A stretch of DNA of 64,000 nucleotides from a virus. The notes under the pieces were generated by a model, which was not told where the DNA came from, did no database searches, and saw nothing but the letters and a program-made list of their open reading frames with translations. The DNA is taken from positions 49,898 to 113,897 of the IMG/VR virus record IMGVR_UViG_3300033149_003115; one strand, written 5' to 3'. Positions within the stretch are counted from its first letter, which is position 1; every line of letters starts with the position of its first letter. This document shows positions 1 to 9,380 of the stretch, piece by piece. Position numbers and translations under genes: made by a program.

Positions 1-2
1 CC

Positions 3-335
3 AGCCTACTGGATAAAGCACTTCTACACAGACCATCCAGGTTTGATGTTAAGATAAGGTTTGAGCTACCCAGTTCTTCTGAGAGACTGAGCCTGGTGAA
101 CCTGTATTCTAAAGGGGTCAAGATGTCTAAAGAGATAAGGAGCTTAATAGCGTCCAGGACTGAGGGATTCACTCCTGCCATGATCAAGGAGGTCATAGTG
201 TATTCCAGGTTATTGTCTCTGTTCAAGGGATCAACACTGAGAGATGACATAGTGAAATCCTCCATATCCATCCTCAAGGAGAGCATGAGAATGAACAGGG
301 AGAGATATCAAGATCAAAAAGGACTAATAGTATGA
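3..335 (+). CDS. AAA+ ATPase (Cdc48/PAN/FtsH-like), C-terminal part; gene begins before the window
   Basis: Frame open from base 3: SLLDKALLHRPSRFDVKIRFELP (second region of homology with Arg fingers), then lid motif TEGFTPAMIKEVI. Confidence 0.85.
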   Translation, partial: SLLDKALLHRPSRFDVKIRFELPSSSERLSLVNLYSKGVKMSKEIRSLIASRTEGFTPAMIKEVIVYSRLLSLFKGSTLRDDIVKSSISILKESMRMNRERYQDQKGLIV

Positions 336-416
336 GATAATGAGGTGCAGACTTGATGTTATATGTTAATAAATTAGAAGATAGAGAGATCACCTACAAA
401 GGAAGAGAGGAAAGAG

Positions 417-662
417 ATGAGTAGGCTATACAGGGATCCAGATCTATATAGAAAGATATGGAGCTTGTACAGGGTGATTAAGGAGGATATCAAGCTACTA
501 AGCATGGTCTCTGATGACTCTAGGGAAGCTCTTAGGATTAAGATATTAAAAGAGCTGGATGAGCTATGGAGTCTTATTAGACCTATACTGGAAGAACTGT
601 TGTTACCTGACCCTAGGAGATTATTCCCTAGAGATATTCTGGATAGATCTTCTCTCCTATAG
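417..662 (+). CDS. hypothetical protein
   Basis: 81 aa ORF with purine-rich RBS; T-rich tract downstream. Confidence 0.6.
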   Translation: MSRLYRDPDLYRKIWSLYRVIKEDIKLLSMVSDDSREALRIKILKELDELWSLIRPILEELLLPDPRRLFPRDILDRSSLL

Positions 663-696
663 CTCCTTATCTTTTATTTATTACAAGCTTAGGTGA

Positions 697-1290
697 ATGT
701 ATATGAGAAACTTATATTGTAACGAGATAGAACGCAATAAATGGAGAGCAACCAGAGACTTTGTTAAAAAGTACTTGAGCAGAGATAGTGTAGTACTAGA
801 CACATTTGCTGGTGTAGGTTTTATAACTGAAATATACGCCTCTCATGTAAAGAGAGTAGTAGCCATAGAAGTAGATAATGAAGTATTTAAGTCTCTAAAA
901 GAGCATCTAGTTCCTTACTCTAATATTCAGTACTACAATGAGAATAGTGAAGTTCTAATATCTAGGGGTTTAAATGACAAGTTTGATGTTATAGATTTTG
1001 ATCCTTGGGGATGTGCAGACAAGCTAATAGTGAAAAGCTTAAACCTATTAAAAGAACACTCCTATCTGGCTATCACTAACTGTGATCCCTTTGTTATCTC
1101 TAGATTCAAGTGTACTATTAAGAAATATGGAGAGCCATATATTAATGATTGGAGAGGGTACTCTAAGCGTTATTATGATCAGTTTATATCTCCTGTGCTA
1201 GAGAACAATGGGTTAGAGTCCAAGCTCATCAGTCATATGGACACATCTAATATTTGTAGAATAATAGTGGAAACAAATAGGTTATCATGA
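697..1290 (+). CDS. SAM-dependent methyltransferase, Trm1-like Rossmann core
   Basis: VVLDTFAGVG motif I, VVAIEVD, FDVIDFDPWG (Trm1 has FDVIDxDPFG). Confidence 0.75.
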   Translation: MYMRNLYCNEIERNKWRATRDFVKKYLSRDSVVLDTFAGVGFITEIYASHVKRVVAIEVDNEVFKSLKEHLVPYSNIQYYNENSEVLISRGLNDKFDVIDFDPWGCADKLIVKSLNLLKEHSYLAITNCDPFVISRFKCTIKKYGEPYINDWRGYSKRYYDQFISPVLENNGLESKLISHMDTSNICRIIVETNRLS

Positions 1291-1574
1291 GATGATAAAA
1301 TGGTGAGTAAACCATATTATCTAGCTCATCATATTAACAACAGGAGTATAATAGGAACAACAGACTGATGGTGTAATGTATAATCATATGAGAATAGTGG
1401 GAGGATATCCCACTAAGATCTAGTATATGGAAATACCTCTTTGTTAGAAGAGCGTCATGGATAAGGATGATTAAATAAGGTGATCCATTGTCTCTTTCAT
1501 ACTGAGATCTAACTGATAAGGTTGTATCTTTATATTATCCAAATTTATGATCAATGGTAAAGGAATGATGTATT

Positions 1575-2579
1575 ATGAGTAAACTGATAGAAGTGTATGG
1601 AGGAACACTAGAAGATCTAAAAAATAGGATAGAAGAATCTCAACCACTACAAATGGCATTTCACTCAGACTCTGATGGAGTTGCTAGTGCTTGCTTATTA
1701 GCTTCGATATTTGAGGTGGAGGAGTCTAAGGACTTTCCTTATTCTCCCTCTATATTTGGAGCTTATAGAGAAGGGAACATAGCAGTGGATCTGGGATCTC
1801 CTCTGTTCCCCAGTCAGTGGAAAGGAGTTATAATAGATCATCATGATCACCCTAATCCTAGCTATCCATTGATATGGGGAAGAATACCAACTGGTGGTAT
1901 TATTTATGAGATCTTTAAGGATAGAATACCAGAGGACAAGCTATGGCTGGTGGTGTTATCCCTGGCTGGGGATGGACAACCAGAGCTAATACCTGATGAG
2001 ATATGGGATGCCTTACCAGAGCTATGGTTTGAGCAAGGGAGGGTGTACAAGGATAAGTATAGAAATGTCAAGGCTTATCCATACCCCTTCTTTAGTAAAA
2101 TATCACCACTGGTCAACTCATTGTGTAGAACAGGTAATGTGATGGGAGCTTACAAGCTAGTCAGGAGTGCTAGGGGGATCAGAGACATCATCTTTAACTC
2201 CACTGCTCTGAGAGCCCAGAGAGAGCTGTCAGATGAGGAGAGCAGAATATATGCTGGAAATGATCCAGAGAGGACACTACAGGTAGAAAAAATAGGACAC
2301 TTCAGCCTGGTCTTGATAAGATCCAAGTATCACATAGCTGGTAGGATAGCAGCTGGGTTACAAAAGGGAGATCATTACTCCACTTATATAGTGGTGAACA
2401 TGATCAACAAGGAGGTCTCTATTAGAGGACTACTGGCTAAGTATGTGGCTAACAGGCTAGCTCAAGAGGGTTATCTATGTGGAGGACATGCAGGGTTCAC
2501 AGCTTGTAGTATCTTACCAACTCAGAATATGGAAGTATTTGTTTCTAAGGTAAGGGAAGTGTTAGCTAGAATTAAGTGA
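1575..2579 (+). CDS. DHH-family phosphoesterase (RecJ/GAN/Cdc45-like)
   Basis: FHSDSDGVAS, VDLG, IIDHH and DHHA1 motif GGHAG. Confidence 0.85.
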   Translation: MSKLIEVYGGTLEDLKNRIEESQPLQMAFHSDSDGVASACLLASIFEVEESKDFPYSPSIFGAYREGNIAVDLGSPLFPSQWKGVIIDHHDHPNPSYPLIWGRIPTGGIIYEIFKDRIPEDKLWLVVLSLAGDGQPELIPDEIWDALPELWFEQGRVYKDKYRNVKAYPYPFFSKISPLVNSLCRTGNVMGAYKLVRSARGIRDIIFNSTALRAQRELSDEESRIYAGNDPERTLQVEKIGHFSLVLIRSKYHIAGRIAAGLQKGDHYSTYIVVNMINKEVSIRGLLAKYVANRLAQEGYLCGGHAGFTACSILPTQNMEVFVSKVREVLARIK

Positions 2580-2585
2580 TCTTAG

Positions 2586-2798
2586 ATGTCTAAGATGGAA
2601 GATCCAGTGTACTCCTTATTTTTTAATACACATTATGAGGTGATCACTATTCAATCTCTTAGACCAGTATGGGTGGGAGATAAGATGGTATTTAATAAGC
2701 GTACTAAGGTGATTAGAAAGAACCTCAGTCTGATGGACAAGCTAAGGTATTATTGGAGAGATCTCAGACTATGGATAAGGATGAAGAGCTCAGGATAG
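2586..2798 (+). CDS. hypothetical protein
   Basis: 70 aa ORF closely following the DHH gene. Confidence 0.5.
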   Translation: MSKMEDPVYSLFFNTHYEVITIQSLRPVWVGDKMVFNKRTKVIRKNLSLMDKLRYYWRDLRLWIRMKSSG

Positions 2799-3002
2799 CT
2801 CCTAATGTTTATCACTCCTCTACGGGTTCAGAGGTAACATTGAGATCATTGGAACATAGAAAAGGAGCCTTTATCAGATCTAGCTTCCCAGGTTCCAGCA
2901 TTGTTCTAACTACGAGATTATCCATGCTCCAGTCAGTCGAAACTATTAGTAAGATCATTATGAGATAGCTTTGTTAATAGGAAAATAGGTGATAGAAGAT
3001 CT

Positions 3003-3278
3003 ATGAATGTCTTGAAGGATAAACTATATCGAGAATATCTGAAAATAAAAGAGGCTCGTGTAGAGCTGAATGACCTGCTATCCCAATGGGAGCACCTATC
3101 TCTAGCCTTTGGCTCAAATGAGAGCTCAGTTAAAAGACTAGAGGATCAGATCAATAATATCTACAAGGAGTTCCCATATCTCTCATCCAAAGCTGATACT
3201 CTCAATATACAGTTTCCATTGATCCTTAGGTTTATTAAGTACATGGACAAGAGGATTGGAATACTTGAAGATCTATAG
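3003..3278 (+). CDS. small coiled-coil protein with C-terminal tag (GILEDL)
   Basis: RBS AGGTGA; helical composition. Confidence 0.65.
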   Translation: MNVLKDKLYREYLKIKEARVELNDLLSQWEHLSLAFGSNESSVKRLEDQINNIYKEFPYLSSKADTLNIQFPLILRFIKYMDKRIGILEDL

Positions 3279-3293
3279 TGAAGGTGATATGAT

Positions 3294-4214
3294 ATGATGA
3301 AGGTGATAGTAACAGGTGGGTTGGGGTTCATAGGTAGTAACCTGGTGGAGAGGCTAGTAAAAGAGGACTATGAGGTGACTATCTTTGATAACTACCACAC
3401 TGGTAGCTTTGCTAATGTGAAAGAGTTCTACGATAGTAAAGTATACGATCTAACTCATCTTAGATACTTTGGTAAGAATGATGTGGTCTTTCACTTTGGG
3501 ACACCATCATCATCCCCTATGTACAAGAGGAATCCTCTGCTAGTATCGGAGGCTATAAGGGACTTTATTAGAGTGTTGGAGTATTGTAAAAGAACTAAGA
3601 GCAAGCTGGTGTTTGCTAGCTCCTCCAGTCTCTACAATGGTAACTATACCCCTTTTAAAGAGAATATGAGCATTAAGGTCACAGATTACTACACTGAGGC
3701 TAGATATAGTATGGAGAGACTAGCTGAGCTATATTCTAAGCTACATAAAGTTAGATCCATAGGACTCAGGCTCTTTAGTGTCTATGGTCCCAGGGAGGAG
3801 CATAAGAAGCAGTATGCTAATGTCATCACTCAGTTCCTATGGAAGATGTTAAAAGATGAGCAACCAGTGATCTATGGAGATGGCACTCAGACCAGGGACT
3901 TTATACATGTCAGTGATGTGGTTGATGCATGTATGTTAGCCATGAATTATAGAACTAAGTTTGAGATCTTCAACATAGGGACTGGTGATGCATACTCCTT
4001 CAATGATGTGGTAGAGCTTCTGAACCTACTACTTCTTAAGGACATATCTCCTAAGTATATCAAGAACCCTGTTAAGAACTATGTTAAGCACACACTGGCT
4101 GACACCAGGAAAGCTGAGAGAAAGCTCAAGTTTAAGTCTAAGGTTGATCTGGAGAAAGGGGCTAGAGGTTTAGTGGAGTATTACCTGTATAACAACTTGT
4201 TCGATGGGATCTAG
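3294..4214 (+). CDS. NAD-dependent epimerase/dehydratase (UDP-glucose 4-epimerase-like SDR)
   Basis: TGGLGFIGS, ASSSSLY, LRLFSVYGP, GDGTQTRDFIHV; catalytic YxxxK appears as YTEAR. Confidence 0.92.
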   Translation: MMKVIVTGGLGFIGSNLVERLVKEDYEVTIFDNYHTGSFANVKEFYDSKVYDLTHLRYFGKNDVVFHFGTPSSSPMYKRNPLLVSEAIRDFIRVLEYCKRTKSKLVFASSSSLYNGNYTPFKENMSIKVTDYYTEARYSMERLAELYSKLHKVRSIGLRLFSVYGPREEHKKQYANVITQFLWKMLKDEQPVIYGDGTQTRDFIHVSDVVDACMLAMNYRTKFEIFNIGTGDAYSFNDVVELLNLLLLKDISPKYIKNPVKNYVKHTLADTRKAERKLKFKSKVDLEKGARGLVEYYLYNNLFDGI

Positions 4215-4418
4215 ATGTCTAAAGAATATGATGGGTACGTCATTAAGAAGCTCTCCTATAGGGTGTGGCTAGTAGTGTCACCTGAAGGGAGATCATACTA
4301 TGTTATCTTAACAGATAGAAAATGGATATGTACCTGTCCTTATTACAATAGGTTTCCAAGAGCTTGTAAACATATTAGATATGTGATCAGGTCTATCATG
4401 GAGGAGAGTAAGAAATGA
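4215..4418 (+). CDS. SWIM zinc-finger protein
   Basis: CTCP...ACKHI. Confidence 0.85.
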   Translation: MSKEYDGYVIKKLSYRVWLVVSPEGRSYYVILTDRKWICTCPYYNRFPRACKHIRYVIRSIMEESKK

Positions 4419-4633
4419 CCATTTCTCCTTCATCAGGATGTTGGATATCCTCTTCTACCTTAGAAGGTACCTTAGAAGGTACATTTTCTATATTAATAAA
4501 ATGTGATATATGTGGTAGAGAAGCTGATATCAGATCTTGCTCTCAGATCTTTGTAAGAGATAAGCAGATATTCCTGTGTGAGGAATGCACAGTGAAAATG
4601 TTAGGTAAGCTAATCACTGTTGTGGATCTCTAG
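4415..4633 (+). CDS. small Zn-finger protein with C-terminal tag (ITVVDL)
   Basis: CDIC...LCEEC; contains a 12-bp duplication at 4456-4479. Confidence 0.65.
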   Translation: MTISPSSGCWISSSTLEGTLEGTFSILIKCDICGREADIRSCSQIFVRDKQIFLCEECTVKMLGKLITVVDL

Positions 4634-4643
4634 AGGTATTGAA

Positions 4644-4874
4644 ATGAATAACATAGAAGCATTTTATATTACCTTAGACTCTTTTAGACACACAGCTGAC
4701 ATTAGAGTGGATCTCTCTATTTCAGATCCCTTTAAATGTCATAATTGTGAGGGTTTTATAGACCAGGGGAAAGGATATTTTATTTTAGATCCTAAGAGAC
4801 ACAAGGTGTTTCACCTCTGTAGAAACTGTGGAAATGAAGTGTTAAAGAAGCTAGAAGTGATAGAATGTTTGTGA
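4644..4874 (+). CDS. small Zn-finger protein with C-terminal tag (EVIECL)
   Basis: CHNC...LCRNC; ATG 4644 after GAGGT. Confidence 0.65.
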   Translation: MNNIEAFYITLDSFRHTADIRVDLSISDPFKCHNCEGFIDQGKGYFILDPKRHKVFHLCRNCGNEVLKKLEVIECL

Positions 4875-4886
4875 GAGTGAATAGAA

Positions 4887-5876
4887 TTGGTTAAACTATC
4901 AGATATACCTGGAGTGGGTCCATCCACTGTGGAGAGGCTAGAAGCTAAGGGAGTATTAACTGTAGAGCAAATGTCTATTATGGATCCAGAAGAGCTTAAA
5001 GCTATTCTGGAATGTTCCCTGGCTAAGGCTAAGAAGCTGATCAAAGGAGCTAAGGATCTAAGCAAGGATGCTATCAAGATCCTAGATGGGGATGCACTAC
5101 TACAGGAGAGAAAGAGCAAGATACAAAGAATATCAACAGGTAGTAAGGATCTGGACACTATACTGGGAGGAGGGGTACCAACTGATGCACTAACAGCATG
5201 GTATGGACAGTTCAGTACAGGGAAAACACAGCTTTGTAACCAGTTGGTTATTAATATGAAGAAACAATACAATAGAAAGTCAGCTTGGATAGAGACAGAG
5301 CCTCAGACCTTGGTGATAGAGAGACTACTAGAAATATCCAAGGCTCAGGGAGTTGACTTTGATCCCAAGACTGATCTATATGTGATAACAGCTAAGTTCA
5401 TGGACTCTCCTGTTCACATGTTCAAGGCATATGAGGCTATAGAGTCTAAGATCAAGATGGGAGAGGACATAGGGCTAATAGTCATAGACTCCTTTAATGC
5501 TATCTTCAGGAGCACTTACACTGGTAGAGAGATGTTGCCAGCTAGATCAGCTGAAACTGGTAGACATATAGGGTACCTACAGAAGCTAGCATCCAAGTAT
5601 AACATAGCAGTTGTGATGACTTTACAGGTGATGGGAGTTCCTGACTCTGGTTCTCAGCTTGGAGCCATTAAGCAATATGGGATCAGAGAGGTGCCAGTGG
5701 GTCCTCATGTCCTGAAACATGGGGTTAATTACATGGTTGGATTACAAAGGATATCAGCTAATGACAGAACATGGTCAGCTATAGTGGCAGATGGTCCTGT
5801 TCCTAGGGGAGATTGTGTGTTTGTAATAGATGAGACAGGAATTAGAGACTTCAGGAGTAGAAAGGGAGTAAGATAA
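4887..5876 (+). CDS. radA: DNA repair and recombination protein RadA
   Basis: N-terminal HhH (IPGVGP), ISTGSKDLDTILGGG, Walker A GQFSTGKT, Walker B LIVIDS. Confidence 0.92.
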   Translation: MVKLSDIPGVGPSTVERLEAKGVLTVEQMSIMDPEELKAILECSLAKAKKLIKGAKDLSKDAIKILDGDALLQERKSKIQRISTGSKDLDTILGGGVPTDALTAWYGQFSTGKTQLCNQLVINMKKQYNRKSAWIETEPQTLVIERLLEISKAQGVDFDPKTDLYVITAKFMDSPVHMFKAYEAIESKIKMGEDIGLIVIDSFNAIFRSTYTGREMLPARSAETGRHIGYLQKLASKYNIAVVMTLQVMGVPDSGSQLGAIKQYGIREVPVGPHVLKHGVNYMVGLQRISANDRTWSAIVADGPVPRGDCVFVIDETGIRDFRSRKGVR

Positions 5877-6116
5877 ATGAGTAATATAGCTACTTTTTCT
5901 ATTAGCCCTAAAACTTGGACATCAGTCAAGAAAAGGTGTCCATTAATAGAGATATGTAATAGGAAAATACCAGAAGACATATTTAAGTTCACTTGTATGT
6001 CCACTGACTACGTATATTGTGAATACTTTAAGGAACATGCTACTAAGGATATGCTAGACAAGATATTCAAAGAGCCTAAAAAGTGGTTAGCTATGAGAGT
6101 AGCTGAGGACATATAA
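5877..6116 (+). CDS. small Cys-containing protein with C-terminal tag (RVAEDI)
   Basis: CP...C...C...C; abuts radA stop. Confidence 0.65.
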   Translation: MSNIATFSISPKTWTSVKKRCPLIEICNRKIPEDIFKFTCMSTDYVYCEYFKEHATKDMLDKIFKEPKKWLAMRVAEDI

Positions 6117-6117
6117 G

Positions 6118-6450
6118 ATGAATAGCTATCTTGTAGTTCCTTTCTTAGAGACAGTGTACTTCCTCATAGGGTTGAACTTTGGTAGAGCATTTGGTAAGAA
6201 GCTGGATCAAGAGATACAGAGAAGTGAATGGTATAAGAGGAGATCCAAACCTACTAGATGGATGATCAGGAGAATGTTGGACTTTACTCATCACTGGTAC
6301 ATAGGGGCATTAATGATGATTTATTCTAGCTGTCCAGAAACCTACTGGTTCGGAGCTGGATTACTAATAGACGACTTACCAGACATTCCAAGAAGAATCA
6401 AATCAGTTTTAGCTGATTTAAAGAAAATGGCAAAAGAAAATAATCCTTAA
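6118..6450 (+). CDS. small membrane protein; 3' half apparently supplied by the homing-endonuclease element
   Basis: Hydrophobic segments and HHWYIG motif; residues from 6301 are duplicated at 6930-7064. Confidence 0.75.
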   Translation: MNSYLVVPFLETVYFLIGLNFGRAFGKKLDQEIQRSEWYKRRSKPTRWMIRRMLDFTHHWYIGALMMIYSSCPETYWFGAGLLIDDLPDIPRRIKSVLADLKKMAKENNP

Positions 6451-6929
6451 AGATATTATGAGGTTAGAATATTGGACTGGTCTTATATAGCTGGGTTTAT
6501 AGATGGTGAAGGCAATATTGGATTGATGAAAAGACGAGGCACTAAAAGAATAGAACCTTATTTGAAGATGGTGAACTCAAATAGAGAAGTTCTTGAAGAA
6601 ATCGAGAAATTCATAGGAGCTGGTGTTGTGAGGTTAAATAACAAAGGTAGCTTTAAAAAGAACTGGAGGAAAACTTATGTTCTTGTGTTCAACTCTAGAG
6701 ATAATATTAGGACTATCTTAAAAAATTGTATAAATGATTTAATAGTAAAACAGAGACAAGCTGAGCTCATGTTAGAGTTCATTAAAATTAGAGATCTCAA
6801 ATGTAGATCAGGTTCCCCCTTAAAAGGGAGATCAAGAGGTTCTTCAAGCTTTGATGAAGAATTAAAAATATATGAAGAGATGAAAAAGTTAAACTTTCAA
6901 CGAGGTAAGGCACATTATAAATAGAAAGG
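6301..6929 (+). mobile_element. homing-endonuclease element carrying a replacement 3' end of the target gene
   Basis: Bounded by two copies of the IGALMMIYS-coding sequence; AT-richer than flanks. Confidence 0.7.
6472..6924 (+). CDS. free-standing LAGLIDADG homing endonuclease (single motif)
   Basis: WSYIAGFIDGEG, LIVKQRQAELMLEF. Confidence 0.92.
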   Translation: MDWSYIAGFIDGEGNIGLMKRRGTKRIEPYLKMVNSNREVLEEIEKFIGAGVVRLNNKGSFKKNWRKTYVLVFNSRDNIRTILKNCINDLIVKQRQAELMLEFIKIRDLKCRSGSPLKGRSRGSSSFDEELKIYEEMKKLNFQRGKAHYK

Positions 6930-7064
6930 ATAGGAGCACTTATGATGATTTACTCTAACTGTCCAGAGACTTATTGGTTTGGAGCTGGTATCCTGGTTGA
7001 TGATCTCCCTGATATCCCTAGAAGAGTAAAAGAGGTAATGTCTGATCTGAGGAGAGAGCCTTAA
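6930..7064 (+). pseudogene. displaced original 3' half of the 6118 membrane-protein gene
   Basis: Translates IGALMMIYSNCPETYWFGAGILVDDLPDIPRRVKEVMSDLRREP*, versus IGALMMIYSSCPETYWFGAGLLIDDLPDIPRRIKSVLADLKK in the upstream gene. Confidence 0.85.
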
Positions 7065-7067
7065 AGA

Positions 7068-7727
7068 ATGACTATCTATGTTGATATCCATGAGCCGTCT
7101 TCTATGTCCACTAAGCTCAAACACCTTGGGGTGGATGTCAAGGTGATGGACCTTAAGGTGGGGGACTACTGGGTGGGAGATGCCATGATAGAGCGTAAGA
7201 CCATAGATGACTTCCTCAGATCCATAGTACAGAAGAGATACTATAAGCAGCTTTACAACATGATGAAGAACACCAAGAAGGGGATGGTCTACATTACTGG
7301 AGTATATCCCAAAGTACCTCCGATGAGGAGAGTTGGGGGTAAGCTAAGACCTATAGACATAGAAAGTGTGTTGAGGACTCATAGGATCGTTAGCTATTAT
7401 TCCTTTAGAATACCAGTGTTCCATGTTAGCTCTGATGATGATCTCATCAAGGATCTGCTGGAGTATCATACCAAATCAGGTAAGAATGTCTCTCTCAAAC
7501 CCCTGGACATCAGACGTAAAGCTGATAGCCTGGAGGATATCAGGACTAACATATTTGGATCCATACCAGGGATAGGGAGGAAGACAGCTAACTACCTGGG
7601 TAAGCATCTCTCTCTAGAGAGTGTGTTCTCCATGTCGGTGGATGAGCTTAGAGATCTTAAAGTAGGAAATAAGAGATTAGGAAAGAGAGGTGAGCACATA
7701 TACAATGTCTTCCATGATAAGAGATAA
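7068..7727 (+). CDS. XPF/ERCC4 (Hef-like) structure-specific nuclease
   Basis: YVDIHE, VGDY, IERKTIDDFLRSI, C-terminal HhH IPGIG. Confidence 0.9.
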   Translation: MTIYVDIHEPSSMSTKLKHLGVDVKVMDLKVGDYWVGDAMIERKTIDDFLRSIVQKRYYKQLYNMMKNTKKGMVYITGVYPKVPPMRRVGGKLRPIDIESVLRTHRIVSYYSFRIPVFHVSSDDDLIKDLLEYHTKSGKNVSLKPLDIRRKADSLEDIRTNIFGSIPGIGRKTANYLGKHLSLESVFSMSVDELRDLKVGNKRLGKRGEHIYNVFHDKR

Positions 7728-7929
7728 GAAGGATGTTGAGCTAGGAAAGGATATACCCTCTATCAAGAAGCAGCTAGGTAGACCTGTCACATGCTTTGGA
7801 TGTGGTAAGATAATAGAGAACCTAGAGGACATCAGGTGGGGTAGAGTAGTGATAGAAATGGGTAATCTAAGGTTTAGATACCTGGCTCCATTCTGTAGTG
7901 ACAAATGTGTGGTCACTTATGAGCTGTGA
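7705..7929 (+). CDS. TRASH/MYM-type Zn-finger protein with C-terminal tag (VVTYEL)
   Basis: CFGC...FCSDKC; start codon uncertain. Confidence 0.65.
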   Translation: MSSMIRDKKDVELGKDIPSIKKQLGRPVTCFGCGKIIENLEDIRWGRVVIEMGNLRFRYLAPFCSDKCVVTYEL

Positions 7930-7983
7930 GATGAAATATCGGTTAGTATCGGATCATAGTAACAACCTAAAGGAGGATACGAG

Positions 7984-9012
7984 ATGAGTGAGAAGATACC
8001 TAAGAAAATAGTAGATAGGTTAGTGAAACACTCAGAGCAATATGGAATATCCATGGATGAGCTGAAAGAGGAGTACATGGAATACCTAGGACAAGTGAGA
8101 AAGGAGTTCAGTGATCTACCAGAGAGGAAGCAAAAGGTCCTGGCATACAGAAGACTAAAAGCAAGGCTGAAAGCTGAGGAGGGTGGGATTGGATCCAGAG
8201 CAGTTATGCACAGTGCTTTCTTCATAGGAGAGTCAGGGTTACAGAATACAGCTGATCAGATGATAGCTAAGATAAAGAGAATGTCAACTGAGGAGCAAAG
8301 GATCTTTCATCCTGATCCCAACACGTGGCTAGACTACAGAGAGGGTGACACCTACCTTAAACCAATAGAGGGATATGATCATAGGACATACTATGCTGTT
8401 GGATCAAGTGGTAAGGAGATAGACAAGAGCAGGTTAGGATTCATGGCTATACAGGCATGGAGGAAAGCTGCTACAGCCCTGAGCCCTGAGCTAGGGGTTG
8501 TGTATAACTTCAGAGCTATCAACAATGGAGGGGACAAGCAGCTCAAGTACTATGATCTGAATGCTACTGAGATAACCAGGCTAAGAGAGTCCTCTAAGCA
8601 GCTAACAGAGGATGAGAAAGAGTATCTGATAAGGAACTGTGGATGGGAGATATACACACTAGCAGACTTGGACATGTTGTATAAGACTCATTTCCAAGCT
8701 AATGAGCTAAATGGGAATAGAGTCTTCGATAGACAACCAGTCTTCATAGAAGCTGATGTCTCTAACATAGTTTTTAGAGATGATAGATCTACCAGAGTGT
8801 CCCTGGATGATGAGCTGGAGACAGGGGATTTCGTTTCAACTGCTTATGTCCCACACTACTTACCTATTAAGTTCAAGCAGGGAGATAGGGTAATATTTCT
8901 AGCAGAGCTTGGAGAGATCACATCCAGGACAGGTGATACCAGCACAGTGCTATTTGTCAAGGGGTACTTTAGAGTCCCAGAGTCTAGTAAAGCAATAGAC
9001 TTCCTAGACTAA
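7984..9012 (+). CDS. putative OB-fold single-stranded DNA-binding (RPA-like) protein
   Basis: Helical N-terminus plus beta-rich OB-like C-terminus; replication context; own RBS and T-tract terminator. Confidence 0.5.
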   Translation: MSEKIPKKIVDRLVKHSEQYGISMDELKEEYMEYLGQVRKEFSDLPERKQKVLAYRRLKARLKAEEGGIGSRAVMHSAFFIGESGLQNTADQMIAKIKRMSTEEQRIFHPDPNTWLDYREGDTYLKPIEGYDHRTYYAVGSSGKEIDKSRLGFMAIQAWRKAATALSPELGVVYNFRAINNGGDKQLKYYDLNATEITRLRESSKQLTEDEKEYLIRNCGWEIYTLADLDMLYKTHFQANELNGNRVFDRQPVFIEADVSNIVFRDDRSTRVSLDDELETGDFVSTAYVPHYLPIKFKQGDRVIFLAELGEITSRTGDTSTVLFVKGYFRVPESSKAIDFLD

Positions 9013-9026
9013 CCTATTTATTCCTC

Positions 9027-9037
9027 TCTTTTTTTTT
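9027..9037 (+). terminator. oligo-T archaeal-type terminator
   Basis: Long T run just after the stop at 9012. Confidence 0.55.
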
Positions 9038-9052
9038 AATGTAAGAGGTGAT

Positions 9053-9352
9053 TTGTTTATGATGATAATTGGAGTAGAGATCAAAGATGCCATAAGGGTA
9101 AAGGGGAGAATAGTCTGGAATAACCCTTATAGGAGAGAGAAAGGACCCAGGTCTGATAAGCATCCTGTGTTTAGAGTTAAGAACAGGAGTCTGAGGACTT
9201 TGATGTGGTTGTATGGTTTATTTAGAGAGGAGGGTGTTGTCCCATCAGCTATGGATTTTTCTCTATTAACCGAGGTGATCAGTAAGAAGATCGGTATCAC
9301 TAGATATGGAGCTTATGACTATGCTAGAGCATTGTCCTATATTACTTCATAA
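9053..9352 (+). CDS. hypothetical protein, possible winged helix
   Basis: RBS GAGGTGA; C-terminal HTH-like ISKKIGITRYGAYDYARAL. Confidence 0.6.
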   Translation: MFMMIIGVEIKDAIRVKGRIVWNNPYRREKGPRSDKHPVFRVKNRSLRTLMWLYGLFREEGVVPSAMDFSLLTEVISKKIGITRYGAYDYARALSYITS

Positions 9353-9380
9353 TTAAGTAGAAAAGAGGTGAACTAAGAAT

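Noticed and set aside
1300-1560. Decayed gene starting MVSKPYYLAHHIN (nucleoside deoxyribosyltransferase-like start)
   Set aside because: Only 22 codons before a stop; similarity too weak to call
2753-2968. 71-aa ORF overlapping 2586
   Set aside because: No motif or clear RBS; may be spurious
6301-6929. Archaeal bulge-helix-bulge or group I intron around the LAGLIDADG gene
   Set aside because: No convincing pairing between the boundaries, and the upstream gene is already complete without splicing
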